A stretch of 63,149 bases of DNA, filler included, from Octopus bimaculoides (Eukaryota), in NCBI RefSeq assembly GCF_001194135.2. It is 5 parts of 5 records of this genome, joined end to end, with 100 filler letters (N's around TTAATTAATTAA, not from the genome) between each part and the next. Parts side by side here need not be neighbours in the genome. Positions count along the whole stretch, not along the records: positions 15,741 to 34,570 come from NC_068999.1; positions 34,671 to 48,540 come from NC_068982.1; 3 more parts are not named here. One strand, given 5' to 3'. The position numbers and the translations under genes were made by a program. Below are positions 27,810 to 40,879 of this stretch, one piece after another. Position 1 is the first letter of the stretch; every line of letters begins with the position of its first letter. The notes under the pieces are model-generated. The model was given only the letters and a program-made list of their open reading frames with translations. It had not been told where the DNA came from and ran no database searches.

Positions 27810-29100
27810 AGGGTCATCCCATAAATAATGTGGTTTTCTTATACTTCTTTTATTTTTCAAAATTAACATAAACAGAGTTCTTTTTTTTTTTTCTAAAATA
27901 TACTCTCCTTCATTTTCTACGATGCTCTTCCATCTATCTGTTAGACTTGCAAGGCCCCTCTTCCAAAATTCACTTGTCTGATGAAAAATACTCTTCCATT
28001 ACTGTTCTGACCTCGTCTACAGAATTCATATTTTTTCCATCCAAATGATTTTGAAGACTGCAGAATAAATGATAATCAGATGGGGCAATGTCCGGTGAAT
28101 ATGGCAGGTGGGGCATCGTTTCTCATTGATACTGCTCCATCCTTCGGAATGTCATCCTCACTGTATTTGGACGAGCATTATCATGATAGAAGAACACCTT
28201 TTGTCTTGAAACCAAAGATGTTCATTTTTCTTCTAATTCTGACTTAAGCCATGCAAGCTACTCGCAGTAAATCTCCTTTGTTAATGTTAGGTTTGGGTTT
28301 GAAAGTTCAAAGTCAACTAAACCTTTCATATTCCACCAAACAGATAACAAAACTTTACGTGGGTGAAGACCTTCTTCAGCCTGGGGTGCCGGTGTTTCTC
28401 CTTTCCTTACTCACTGTCTTTGGTACTTGACATTTTTATAGAGAACTCATTTCTTGTCACCAGTCACTATTCAGTCCAAAAACGGTTCATTCGTGAGACG
28501 TGACAGCAAAGAAGAGCACACATTCACTCTCTGCATGCGATTAGACTTGGAGAGTTTGTAAGGAACCCATTGACCCTATTTGCTGATTTCTCTGATGGCA
28601 CACAAGTGTCAATGAATGGTTGAATGGCCAAATCCAAGCTTCTGTGCTAGTTCCTTTACAGTTACAATGGGATTTTTTTCCACCAGGGTTTGCAGGGCAT
28701 CCTTGTCAAGCTCTACAGATCTTCCAGGATGGGGCTCATCTTCTAGGCTGTAGTTTCCGGTTTGGAATTTCTGGAACTACTGTTGACACTGGTTTACACT
28801 TATTGTCCAATCTCTATATACTACATTAATATTCCTCGCACTTTCCATTGCGTTGTTGCCTTTATTGTACTCATAAAGCAAAATATGCCAAATATGCTCC
28901 TTTATCACTTCCATTATAGCTTTGAAAAACTGTTAAAATCGAACTGCACTCTTCAAAACTTGCACTAAGATAATTTAACCTCACAAGGTAAAATTACTAC
29001 CTGCTTTTATAGCAAGTTGATGCAGGTAATTTATCCTGTCCCCTTCCGACTTTTACTTCATGCAATTGAACAAAACCACCTTATTTATGGAATGACCCAA
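27810..29100 (-). mobile_element. Full-length (1291 bp) mariner element, inactive transposase
   Basis: TIRs t(a/t)gggtcat(c/t)ccataaataa(t/g)gtggtttt at both ends with TA TSDs (27808-9, 29101-2). Minus strand from 28914 reads MEVIKEHIWHILLYEYNKG...; motifs IVTGD, GLHPRKVLLSVWW and FYHDNARP, with stops and frameshifts. Confidence 0.92.
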
Positions 29101-29930
29101 TACATACCATAGATTAAAATAGTTCAGTGTACTGTGTCTCTAGCCAGGACATNNNNNNNNNNNNNNNNNNNNNNNNNNNNNNNNNNNNNNNNNNNNNNNN
29201 NNNNNNNNNNNNNNNNNNNNNNNNNNNNNNNNNNNNNNNNNNNNNNNNNNNNNNNNNNNNNNNNNNNNNNNNNNNNNNNNNNNNNNNNNNNNNNNNNNNN
29301 NNNNNNNNNNNNNNNNNNNNNNNNNNNNNNNNNNNNNNNNNNNNNNNNNNNNNNNNNNNNNNNNNNNNNNNNNNNNNNNNNNNNNNNNNNNNNNNNNNNN
29401 NNNNNNNNNNNNNNNNNNNNNNNNNNNNNNNNNNNNNNNNNNNNNNNNNNNNNNNNNNNNNNNNNNNNNNNNNNNNNNNNNNNNNNNNNNNNNNNNNNNN
29501 NNNNNNNNNNNNNNNNNNNNNNNNNNNNNNNNNNNNNNNNNNNNNNNNNNNNNNNNNNNNNNNNNNNNNATATATACCTATGGCCTTTAACACCCAAAGG
29601 TGATGATTGAAGAGATTATGGTACTTAAAAAGACTGGAACAACAATGTATATTCAATATGTTGCTTCTGATACATTTAAAGACTATTTATGCATTTCATG
29701 TCTTCTATGCTATTTATAAATAAAGTATACAGCCATTTAAATATTGATAGTTCACTGAATAAAACTATTTTTATATTTGATTTATTATAATGTCCAGCAC
29801 ATTCTGTTTTACTACTGATACAATGTTACTGCTATAGTTGTTACTATATACTACACTATACTTCTATAAACAGTACTGCACTACTATAAACAATACTAGA
29901 CCTAAATCCTAAATAAACAATAGTACACTG

Positions 29931-29993
<63 letters not shown>

Positions 29994-30265
29994 GAGAGAG
30001 TGGGGAAGAAATATGCTTCTACAAGCAATATCCACACTGCTACATACATTATCATACTGTCATAAACCTCTATAGTTGCTGATGTATACAACAGTACACT
30101 TCTACAGCCAATACAACTCTACTATATACAACACTAGCAGTGCTACATTGTTATATAGAACAGCACACTTATTTGACAATATTACACTTCTATCTATATA
30201 TTTTCAATTTTCAACTACTAAATCCATTCACAAAGCAAGTTTTTTAACCACAAGGTCTTACACCA

Positions 30266-30337
<72 letters not shown>

Positions 30338-30343
30338 TATATA

Positions 30344-31700
30344 TCATCATCATCATCCTTTAACATCCATTTTCCATGCTCACATGGTTTGGATGGCTTG
30401 ACAGGAACTGGTAAGGCCAGGGGCCACATCAGGTTCCATAGTTTGTTTTGGCTTGATTTCTATGGCTGTATGCCCTTCCTAATGCCAACTATTCCAGAGT
30501 TTACTGGATGCTTTTTATGTGGCACCGTCACCAGTGCTTTTTTATGTGACACTATCACTGGTGCATTTTTAGGTGGCACCAGCACTAGTGCTTTTTATGC
30601 GGCATCTTGGTTTTAGGGTATCAATTCTGTTGTGGTGCCCATATTTTCTCAATGACAGCAACATGCCACATTTCTCAATCCTCTGTCATCTCCTTCATAA
30701 GGTTCAGCATTTTGAGATCAGCCTTCAAAACTTCATACCATGTCTTCCTGGGTTTCTTTCTTCTATAACTTCTCTCCACTTTAAGTAATCAGCACTTCTT
30801 TATGCAACTATCCTCATCCATCTGCACCACATGACCAAACCAGCACAGTATCCTCTCTTGCTCACTGCATATAATTCCTCTGATCCTCAACCTCTCCCTC
30901 AATACATCAATGCTCTGTTGCTCATGCACACTGACATGACACATCCAGTGAAGCATACAAGCTTCATTCCTTTCCAGTCTTCACACGTCCTCCACATTCA
31001 GAGCCCATGTCTCACAACCATGCAGCATCACAGTTGATACACCTACATCATACAATCTTCCCATCACTCAGAGAGAGAGAGAGATTTAGTTGCCAACAGA
31101 CATAAAAAGCTCTTTGAACTTTCTCCATCCTATTCTTATTCTAGAAATCACACTTTCTGTACACCTGCTAATTAGGTCATCTAAGTAGCAAAGGTTATCT
31201 ACAACTTCCAGAGAGCCTCCAGAACATTTAAGGAAATCAATTTCCCATACACCTGTGGTCTTTACAGCTCCTGTGCATGTTCCACATACAAACAATACTT
31301 TCTTTGTTAATCATCCAACTATTCCACTGCACCTTTTGTGTGGATTCATTGAATGAAATTTCTGCCTACACCCTTCTTACATATCGAACAGGACCATTTA
31401 CCTGATAGGTAAAGGGTCCTGTCGAATTCCTTGCTTACTAAGACCTTGGTCTTTGCTATATCTACTTTAAGTCTCTTAGATTTCAGGTTCTGTTTCCACA
31501 CCTTTTCTTTTCAAATTCTGTTACAGATTCTGCTATGACAGTAAGATCATCAGCTTTTAAGAGTTCCCATAGGCTTCCAGTCTTAAATTCCTCCATAATG
31601 GCCAGAAGGACAATGATGATTAGAAGGGGGCTGAGGATACCTACCTGTACACTAAATTCATCAGTAATTTGATTTTTTAAATCCACGTCCCAAAGACAAT
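30344..31700 (-). mobile_element. Degraded RTE-clade LINE 3' portion
   Basis: EFSVQVGILSPLLIII...EEFKTGSLWELLKADDL, RIRIGWRKFKEL, RTE tail and (GAT)n at 30344. Confidence 0.85.
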
Positions 31701-32104
31701 GTCACCCATAAATAACTTACATGTATATCTTACATTTTATTTAAAACCTCATCTTCCAATGTTTACTTTCATTTATGACAGCTATTACACACAAATCCCA
31801 TTTACTGATTGGGTAAAAACGATCAAATTTTAAAACTCTAAAATTTTTTTCTGGAATAAATGAATCACAAACTCAGATTCAGTGTGAAAAAGTACATCAA
31901 TATACCAAATTTGAGAATTTTTACTAAATTTTAAAATTTCAAAATCTTTGACAGCGACAGTTAAGATCTCTCTCCCTCTGTTCATTTTGTCTTGGTAAAC
32001 TGTCTCACTCAGTATAAAAGAATATCGCTCACACTGAGTGTGTGTATGTGTGTGTATAAGGAATTTCATTCAGGTGACTGTGTGATTTACAAAAGGTATT
32101 TTTT

Positions 32105-32330
32105 TATTCATTTTTCTTTTAATTGTTTCAGTCATTTGCCTGTGGCCATGCTGGCGCACCACCTTAATGGGGTTTTAGTTGAAGAAATCAACCCCAGGAC
32201 TTATTTTTTGTAAGCCTAGTATTCATTCTATTGGTCTCTTTTGCCAAGTTACGGGGACATAACATACCAACATTGGTTGTCAAGTGACAGTGGGTGGGGG
32301 GGGAGACAAACACGGACACACACACACACA
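32105..32330 (-). mobile_element. SINE family C, 3' half
   Basis: gtttcagtcatttgcctgtggccatgctggcgcacc...caaccccaggacttattttttgtaagcctagtatt...gacaaacac. Confidence 0.85.
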
Positions 32331-32366
32331 AATATATATATATATATGTGTGAGTGTGCGTGTGTA

Positions 32367-33238
32367 TGGTCTGATCAATAAGTATCCGGATTATTACCAT
32401 AGTGATGAAACTAAAGCATGCAGAGTGAAGGTGCTTGGTACAGATTGACCTTGAGTGCTGCTGTGCATGCACACTAAGTTTTAACATTCTAGCTCATTTC
32501 TGCTGTTTACAGCAGTGCTTGGAAGGAAGGTGTTTAGCATGTGATTGTCACATTGACTATGGCAGAGAAAGTTGAGCAGGGAATCTGCATCAAATTTTGC
32601 CAAAAGCTTGGTGATACCAGCTCAGAAGCCTACACAAAGTTTTCAAAAAATCTTTATCATTTTCAATACATTGAAGATCTTGTGCAACTGAAACCAGAGT
32701 GTCTTTTGATGAGCTGAAAGTAGTTTTGCCACAAACTTGGCAGACACGCGTTTCATACCCAAATCTTCAGTGATAATGGACTGAACTGAACCATAACTAA
32801 TCTGCACATCTGATAACTCATGGATGGTGATTCAACAATTTCCCCTCACAGCTACAAGCACATCTGCAATGGTTTTCTGAGTTTTGCTGGTTGCAGGTCT
32901 CCCAGAACGTTCGTCAGTATCGACGTTTTTTCGGTCATCTTGGAAACGTCAGAACCACACATACACTCACGTGCAGCGCATATATTCCTCTCCATACACT
33001 TTCTGCAGCTTAGCATAGGCCTCTGAGCAGGTATTGCCATGACAACTTTCTCTGTCATGGTCAATGGGACGATCACACACTACACACCTTCCTTCCAAGC
33101 ACTGCTGTAAACAGCAGAAGTGAGCTCGAGTGTTAAAACTTAGTGCACATGCACAAAAGAATTCAAGGTCAATCTTTGCCAAGTAGCTTCACCCTATGTA
33201 CTTCAGCTTCTTTACTATGGCAATAGTCCTGATACTCG
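32367..33238. mobile_element. Mariner derivative made of two inverted 5' ends (fold-back)
   Basis: Left arm (+) runs TIR, 5' UTR, MAEKVEQGICIKFCQKLGD. Right arm (-) has the same 5' UTR, then the HTH region down to ...LGMKRVSAKFV...NDKDFLK. The ~200-bp arms are clearly homologous (about 80% by eye). Confidence 0.8.
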
Positions 33239-33254
33239 TATATATGGGAAAAAC

Positions 33255-33810
33255 CTAAATTGTGTGAAGTCATCTACATATCTTGATAATAAAGTGAATT
33301 CCTTTGCTGATGAAATTGTCAACCATCTTGCAAAAGCAACCAACGCATTTGGAAAAACTGTCATTTCCTATGGAAAGAAAGGGGCATTAAACTTGACACC
33401 AAAATACAGGTCTGTAAAGCTGCCATTCTTACTACTCTCTTGTAAGGATCAGAATCGTGGATACCCTATAGACAACACATTAACCAACTAGTCATCTTCC
33501 ACAAGGGCTGTCTCAGGACAATCTGCGGTTATTCACTAAAAGACAGAGTTTCTAATGCCGACCTGTTTAGCAAGTGCAAGATTGGTGGAACTGAGAGCTT
33601 CCTTATGCAGTCACAATTGTGCTGGGTTGGCCATGTCATCAGAATGAGTGACAAAAGAATACCCAAAGTCCTCATGTACAGCCAGCATGATAGTGGGCAC
33701 AGGAATGTTGGTTGACTATGGCTCAGATATAACGACAAACTGAAGAGTAACCTCTTAGCAGTGAAGATAGCCCAGAACACCTTTGAGTGAACAGCCTTGG
33801 AACATTAGTA
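33255..33810 (+). mobile_element. RTE/BovB-like LINE 3' fragment
   Basis: TYL...DEI..HLAKA..AFG, GSESW..YR.H...FHKGCLR.I, QL.WVGHVIRM...RIPK..MY. Confidence 0.8.
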
Positions 33811-33895
33811 AATATGTTTTTTCTTACACACACACACACACACACAGACTCCCTTGATCCAGGGTGGGATTAAAAATTTAAATAAATTTTTGGTG

Positions 33896-34276
33896 GAATT
33901 CTGATTTAAGCACCCCTTATAACCCCTCATAACTTCTTTTATTTGGGGTATTTTTAGAAAATTTTATGAATTTGTGTTCCATGTATGGGGATTCATACAC
34001 TTATGAAAAATTTTTTATTTTAAAAAATTTTTTAAATGGGGAGAAAATTAATGAAAAACACCAATACATGTCAAAGTGACAAGGAAGGTTACTGGTGGTG
34101 GTGAGATGTGCTAAAAATAACCACCAAATAGCCCTTAAATCACACAAAAATTTTTTTTGTTTTTGTATAATTGCATGAATTCCTGTGTACAGAACACAAA
34201 TTCACAAAAATTTTATGAAAATTCCCTCAAACAAAAAAGTTATGAGGGGTTATATAGGATGCTAAAACCAGAATTC
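33896..34276. mobile_element. Fold-back / MITE-like element with ~115-bp inverted arms
   Basis: 33896-34010 (gaattctgatttaagcaccccttataacccctcataac...gaatttgtgttcc) is the reverse complement, with mismatches, of 34160-34276. Confidence 0.7.
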
Positions 34277-34570
34277 TGCTGCTAAATCTCCCTTAAATCA
34301 CCTTTAAGTATGAAAATATTTTCAAATTATAAACAGAAGCAAATTACAGATTCAGACCATCCACAATTTTAAACTATGATTTTTAAAATGTTTCGAGAAA
34401 AACCTGAAATTTTAGAATTTATTCTTAATGAAAAGGTTTTTAAAATTTCACTATTGTTTTAAAATTATATTTCATTTTTTTTTTCTAATGAAAGAAGTGG
34501 TTTTTTTCTTAATGAAGGCTGTGATTGTGATTGCTGATTTCCAATTTTTATATTAACCTTCAAGGCTTCT

Positions 34571-34670
34571 NNNNNNNNNNNNNNNNNNNNNNNNNNNNNN
34601 NNNNNNNNNNNNNNTTAATTAATTAANNNNNNNNNNNNNNNNNNNNNNNNNNNNNNNNNNNNNNNNNNNN
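34571..34670. other. Artificial scaffold-join linker
   Basis: 44N-TTAATTAATTAA(34615-34626)-44N. Confidence 0.95.
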
Positions 34671-35089
34671 CCTGACCTTGTGTCGAAATTCGAAACATTA
34701 CTATCATCGATGCTGAATTGTTTGAGTTTCCGTCGGTTTTTTTCCAAATTAGAAAGTGATCTGAGACAAACCGCCACCATCATGCGCAGCAAGTACTTGC
34801 TACGGGATGGAGATGAAGTTAACTGGGAGACATAAATGCTTAAAGTAAAGGAAATTATTTAGACTCAAAATAAAATTTTAATGTTTCTGTTTCGCTCTGC
34901 TGAACTGTCAACTTTCGCTTGTTGTTATCGAGCAACGTGGAGGCGCAATGGCCCAGTGGTTAGGGCAGCGGACTCGCGGTCATAGGAAACAAGTAAAAGG
35001 GTAAAAGAATAATTTAATACTCATCCAATAAAAAGCGATCAATTAAAGAGAAAGACAATGGAGTAAAACACTTTAATACCTGATGTGCG

Positions 35090-35132
<43 letters not shown>

Positions 35133-35889
35133 GAGAGAGAGAAAGAGTGAGAGAGAGAGAAAGATTGAGAGAGAGAGAAACAGTGTGTGTGTGTATGTGT
35201 GTGTGTGTGTGTGTGTGCGCGCGCGCGTGTTCCCTATAGACAATGAGAGCTAATGGCGATTAATAACCTGAAGACTCTTTAGCCAAGTAGCCAACACATT
35301 CCTCTCAATTCGCCTATTACGAAATAATCTAGCCAAGGTAATTTAATTTAAGTGTTATTACATTGGCACAGGGTCTGATCGATCACTCGACCCTCGTACA
35401 TGATTGGTACATATTTTATACTCTCGCCCCAAGGGGAACAAAAGGAAAATACTATTCCGGTGGGATTTAAACTTAGAAGAGATAGAGAGCTAAATGTTGT
35501 TTGTCATTTGATCCAGTGTTATGCTGCTTTTGGCAATCCACAGCAAGTCTCATGATTTAATTAAAATTTAAATTGTCATTAACTGCAAAAACACTTAAGA
35601 AATGCTTCTACTTTGAGAACGAGACAGTAAACGAAAAGTGATTAAATAATCTAGAGGATTTAATGATCTTTGATTTGGTGCCATTGCTAAGATAATTAAC
35701 ACATAAACGCTTAGCTCCTATCATCCAACATCCTCTTAATCCTCTTAATTTTTGGATAATTTAAGGCGACAAGCTTGCAGAATCGTTAGTACACCGGACA
35801 AAATGCTTAGCGGCATTTCTTCCGGCTCTTTATTATCTAAGCTCAAATCCCGCCGAGGTCAACTTTCCTTTCATCCTTTCCCGGTAGAC

Positions 35890-36134
35890 CAGTGGTCCCC
35901 AACTGGGGTCCGTATGACTCTTGGGGTCCTCATAAGATTTTGTTGCTAAAATTTATGTACACTAAATTGCTTATACTTCTACAATACACAGAATATCTTT
36001 ATTTTTTTTTTATATATATAATTCCTAATAATATTTAATTATAAAAATATAATAGGACTTTTTAAACATCGAATGATTATGGAAGTCCAGTAGGGTAAAA
36101 TGGGAATCAAAGCAAAAATTGGTTGAAAACAGTG
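35890..36134 (+). mobile_element. hAT (Charlie-like) MITE
   Basis: 5' CAGTGGTCCCCAAC, 3' ggttgaaaacagtg, 8-bp TSD cggtagac / tggtagat (6 of 8 matching). Confidence 0.7.
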
Positions 36135-36143
36135 TGGTAGATA

Positions 36144-37013
<870 letters not shown>

Positions 37014-37297
37014 TAAAATAAAGTACTAAGGATTGATGTAATCGAATTAGCCTCTCTCTTCAAAATACTTGGTCTCGTGGCAAAATTTTAAACGGTTTTG
37101 GATTATTGGACGTGCTTGTCTTCCAAATAAATTTCTATGAGTACAAATATGTTTTGCTTGAAATGACGACCTTCCTTTAGTAACATTTTCGGATTCGTTT
37201 CGAATTCACTTCACAAACCAACGATGTATGTAATTATGAGAATAATTTCTACGTTCATTATCATTTATTGAACTCAATTTGGGACTGCTATGGATTA

Positions 37298-38950
37298 CAC
37301 TGGAGAACAAATGGAGAAAAATCTCTTGGTGCCTCAGGTTTTAGTCCTGATTTTAGGTATATTCAATCCTCTGAATAAAAATATGTTCTTCATTTCTTTC
37401 TAGCCAGCTCTGCTTTTTGAGATAGTGTACAGCTGCCCACACATGAATCTGGGATAGGCCGCCGACAGGGTTATTATAAAATCAGAGATGGTCTGTAATG
37501 TATTTGACAAATACTTGAATATACATTCAGGGAACAGAGAAAATCCATTTCTGATTTTGTGAAAATGGTATACTTAAGCTATTTCAGAATAAAACTAGAA
37601 GATCAGGATAAGAAATAGGCTCCATACATTGTCTGTAAAGCTTGTATTGAGCACCTTCAGCAGTGGACAACTGGTACGACGAAATGTCTGAAATTTGGTA
37701 TATTTACGGGGAGGAGACAACAGAGGAATCATAGTGAAGATTGTTACTTCTGTCTGGTTAACATAAAGGGCATTAATGCACGTAATCGGAGTAAATAGAT
37801 GTACTCTGACTTAGACTCGGCAAAACGACCTGTTGTACACTCAGATGAAATACCTGTCTTATTATTCATTAATCTAGAAGAGCTCTATGAAGAAGATGAA
37901 TCCTGTTCTTCACCTGTAAACAGTAGTTATGATGCCACTGATTTTGAAGGGACCTCAACAGTGGCACAAGTTTTTAATCAGCCACAGCTCAATGACCTCG
38001 TTAAGGATCTAAATCGCTGAAAGAAATCAGTAGAATTGTTGGCGTCTAGACTAGCAGAGAAGAATTTATTGCATCCAAAATCACATACTTGCGCAGTAGA
38101 GAAAGAGATTTGCTGCCGTTCTTCTCGGAGGAAAGTGATTTTGTTTTTTGCAACAATGTTCAACGCTTGCTGATGAAAATGGGCATATCACAATATCTAC
38201 CAAGCAAATGGCGGTTGTTCATAGACAGTTCTAAGCAGAGCTTTAAATGTGTGTTTCTACAAAATGGATACAAATATGGATCAGTCACAATTGGTCACTC
38301 AACTAAAATGACTGAAGAGCAAAAACCAGTTGCTCCGGTCCGACAGAAAATATCATACCACGATCACCAGTGGTTAATCTGTGTGGATCAAAAGATGGTA
38401 AATTTTCTCTTGGGCTAGCAGAGTGGATATACTAAGTATCCCTGCTTTATCTGTCTCTGGGATAGTAGATCTAAGGATGAGTACTGGGTGAGAAAACAGT
38501 GACTTATGAGAGAAAACATAGTTGTAGGAGAAAAGAATGTAATTTCAGAACCATTGGTTGACCAGAATAAGATCATTTTACCACCACTGTACATCAAAAC
38601 AGTTTCTAAAAGCTCTGAACAAAAAGGAGAGATACTTTGATTACATCTACAAAAAATATCCAGCACTGAGTATGGAGAAGCTATAGGCAGGTATTTTTGA
38701 CGGTTCGCAAATCAGAGAACTCAGGAAAGATCCACATTTCAAAGATTCAATGAACACTGCTGAGAGAGATGCATGGTCTTCTTTCATTATGGTTGTACAG
38801 TATTTTCTTGGAGCAAGCAATTACACTGAGTTAGTAGAGAAGATGCTATCTTCTTTCCATCAACTTGGCTGTACAATGAGTATCATGGTGCATTATCTCT
38901 ACAGTCACTTGAATCGTTTCCTTAAAAAAACCTTGGTGATAGTGCAGAGC
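37298..38950 (+). mobile_element. Chapaev3-like (CMC) DNA transposon, 3'-truncated pseudogene
   Basis: Begins TTA|CACTG. Translations include VCKAC...QW, DCYFCLVNIKGIN, SAKRPVVHSDEIPV, QLNDLVKDLN, WRLFIDSS, KMVNFLLG*QSGYTKYPCFICLWDSR, LPPL, GIFDG.QIR and MSI.VHYL.SHL. Family name is from recall of these motifs. Confidence 0.75.
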
Positions 38951-39797
38951 CATACTGAAACACGTATGGCCTTCCATTGCATACACTGTCTATCCAGGGT
39001 TTAACAATTATTTCCAGGACCTCAATGAAGGAGGCAGAGTTAACTCTAAAGCATTGTAGAAAGAAGTAAGGAGATATTACATGTTCTTCATTGCTGACAA
39101 CCCCTAAAACCATGACAGCCGCAAGAAACTTTGTATGCATAACACCTTGAACTTCAGAAGGGTCTGCACATGACCATCTGTCATTTCTTATGTTAACATT
39201 TTGATCTTGGTCGAAGTTTTCCTCGTTTGAGAAAAACCAAATCGAATCTTCTTCTGCTGGATTTTTTAGTTTGTTTAAGAGTCTTTTAGAACTGATGTAG
39301 TGATTTTCTTTTGCTTTTTCTGACAAATTGACTTTTCCTCATCATATAAGACTTATATCTGATGTCTTCGTGGTCAACATTTCTGACTGTTCCTTCTGAC
39401 ACATGGAGATCTTTTGAAATCGACCTCATGGACTTTCTGGGATTGTAATCAATGGTCTGTTGAACTTGCTGAACTTGCTAGATAAATTCAGGTGTTTTGA
39501 TTATTTCAGAGCATTTAGAATGCTTTTTATGCTTTGATGCTGGTGATACATTTCCATCTTCAGTCTCTAGCTCCTTACATACTTTGCAGGCGAAAGATCT
39601 GGCAACTTTAAAAAATCGCGATATTTCTAAATCGCTATGCTCAACCTTTATAACTACAATAAAAGCATGCTTCTTCATTTTTTGAGTAAGCTGAGGGCCC
39701 GCCATTATCATTTTCTGAAACAGAGATTATACAGAGTTAGCAAAAAATGCAGCAATGGCCCAAAAAAGGTATGTCCTCAAATACGTTACGCATGCTG
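38951..39797 (-). mobile_element. maT (DD37D, Bmmar1-like) transposon, 3'-truncated
   Basis: WFFS.E.NFDQDQ.VN.RNDRW...VMVLGVVSNE...VKPWIDSVCNGRPYVFQ. N-terminus MAGPQLTQKMKKHAFIV. Terminus ...catgctg|TA at 39797. Confidence 0.8.
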
Positions 39798-39863
39798 TAT
39801 ATATACACGAGTGAGTAGACAAACGAAAGAAGGGCACTCAACACATTTATTGCGAGTTACATG

Positions 39864-40022
39864 TATAGATCAAAACAGTTTGATTCAGAATCCTTGGTAC
39901 TCTGAGTCTCAAGCACGTGGCTTGTCTTCGGCCATTGGATTCAGACTCTAATGGCCGAAGATTAGGCACGTGCTTGAAACTCAGACTACCAAGGATTCCG
40001 AAGCAAATTATTTTGATCTATA
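39864..40022. mobile_element. 159-bp palindromic (fold-back) element, each arm carrying a hammerhead-like motif
   Basis: ~73-bp arms are reverse complements (about 85% by eye) around a 13-nt centre, in TA-rich flanks. Motifs lie at 39895-39934 (-) and 39952-39991 (+). Confidence 0.8.
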
Positions 40023-40024
40023 TA

Positions 40025-40076
<52 letters not shown>

Positions 40077-40203
40077 TGAGGAAGGATTACGTAATAGTTG
40101 CATTTCCCATAATATATTGCGCCAACCTGAAACGTACGTATTAAATGATTTCAAAACACATCGCTATTTTGTTTTACATCATTATTACAATGTATATATA
40201 TAT

Positions 40204-40547
40204 ATAAGGTGATTAAAATCAAAATAAGCAACAAGGATATCTAGAGGTAATGCAGTACGATCGTTTCAAGCAACTCCATTTAATTGAACAATCCAATCAT
40301 TGCATCAATTTAAAAGCAGAGCAATCTTCAGCTGCATAAAGACATAGAATTTAATTAAATTAAAACAGATGGACACATTAGTATAATTTTACCTAAAATC
40401 TCCAACGAAGGTAAGGAAATAGACAAAGAACATGCTGTCTTCACTTCAGCTTAGAAGCATTGTTCAATTAAATGGAGTTGCTTGTGACGATCGTACTGCA
40501 TTACCTCTGGATATCCTTGTTGCTTATTTTGATTTTAATCACCTTAT
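40204..40547. mobile_element. 344-bp fold-back element with ~90-bp inverted arms and a hammerhead-like motif
   Basis: ataaggtgattaaaatcaaaataagcaacaaggatatc.agaggtaatgcagtacgatcgt..caagcaactccatttaattgaacaat occurs at both ends in inverted orientation. Confidence 0.85.
40250..40337 (-). ncRNA. Type I hammerhead-ribozyme-like motif
   Basis: Minus strand: AUGCAG-CUGAAGA-(57-nt stem II region)-GAAA-CGAUCG-UA|-CUGCAU. Perfect 6-bp stem I, palindromic stem III and GUA site; the base of stem II is poorly paired. Confidence 0.55.
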
Positions 40548-40879
40548 TTTGAAATTGTGTGGATAATACCGTACTAAATACCAGAGGTAGAGTAATATGC
40601 TTTATTTAAAANNNNNNNNNNNNNNNNNNNNNNNNNNNNNNNNNNNNNNNNNNNNNNNNNNNNNNNNNNNNNNNNNNNNNNNNNNNNNNNNNNNNNNNNN
40701 NNNNNNNNNNNNNNNNNNNNNNNNNNNNNNNNNNNNNNNNNNNNNNNNNNNNNNNNNNNNNNNNNNTATGTATGTATGTATGTATGTATGTATGTATGTA
40801 TGTATGTATCATAGGTAAAACATAAATCCGAAAAAGAAGCACACTCTAAGTTATAGAGCAGTATATAATATAAATAAAG

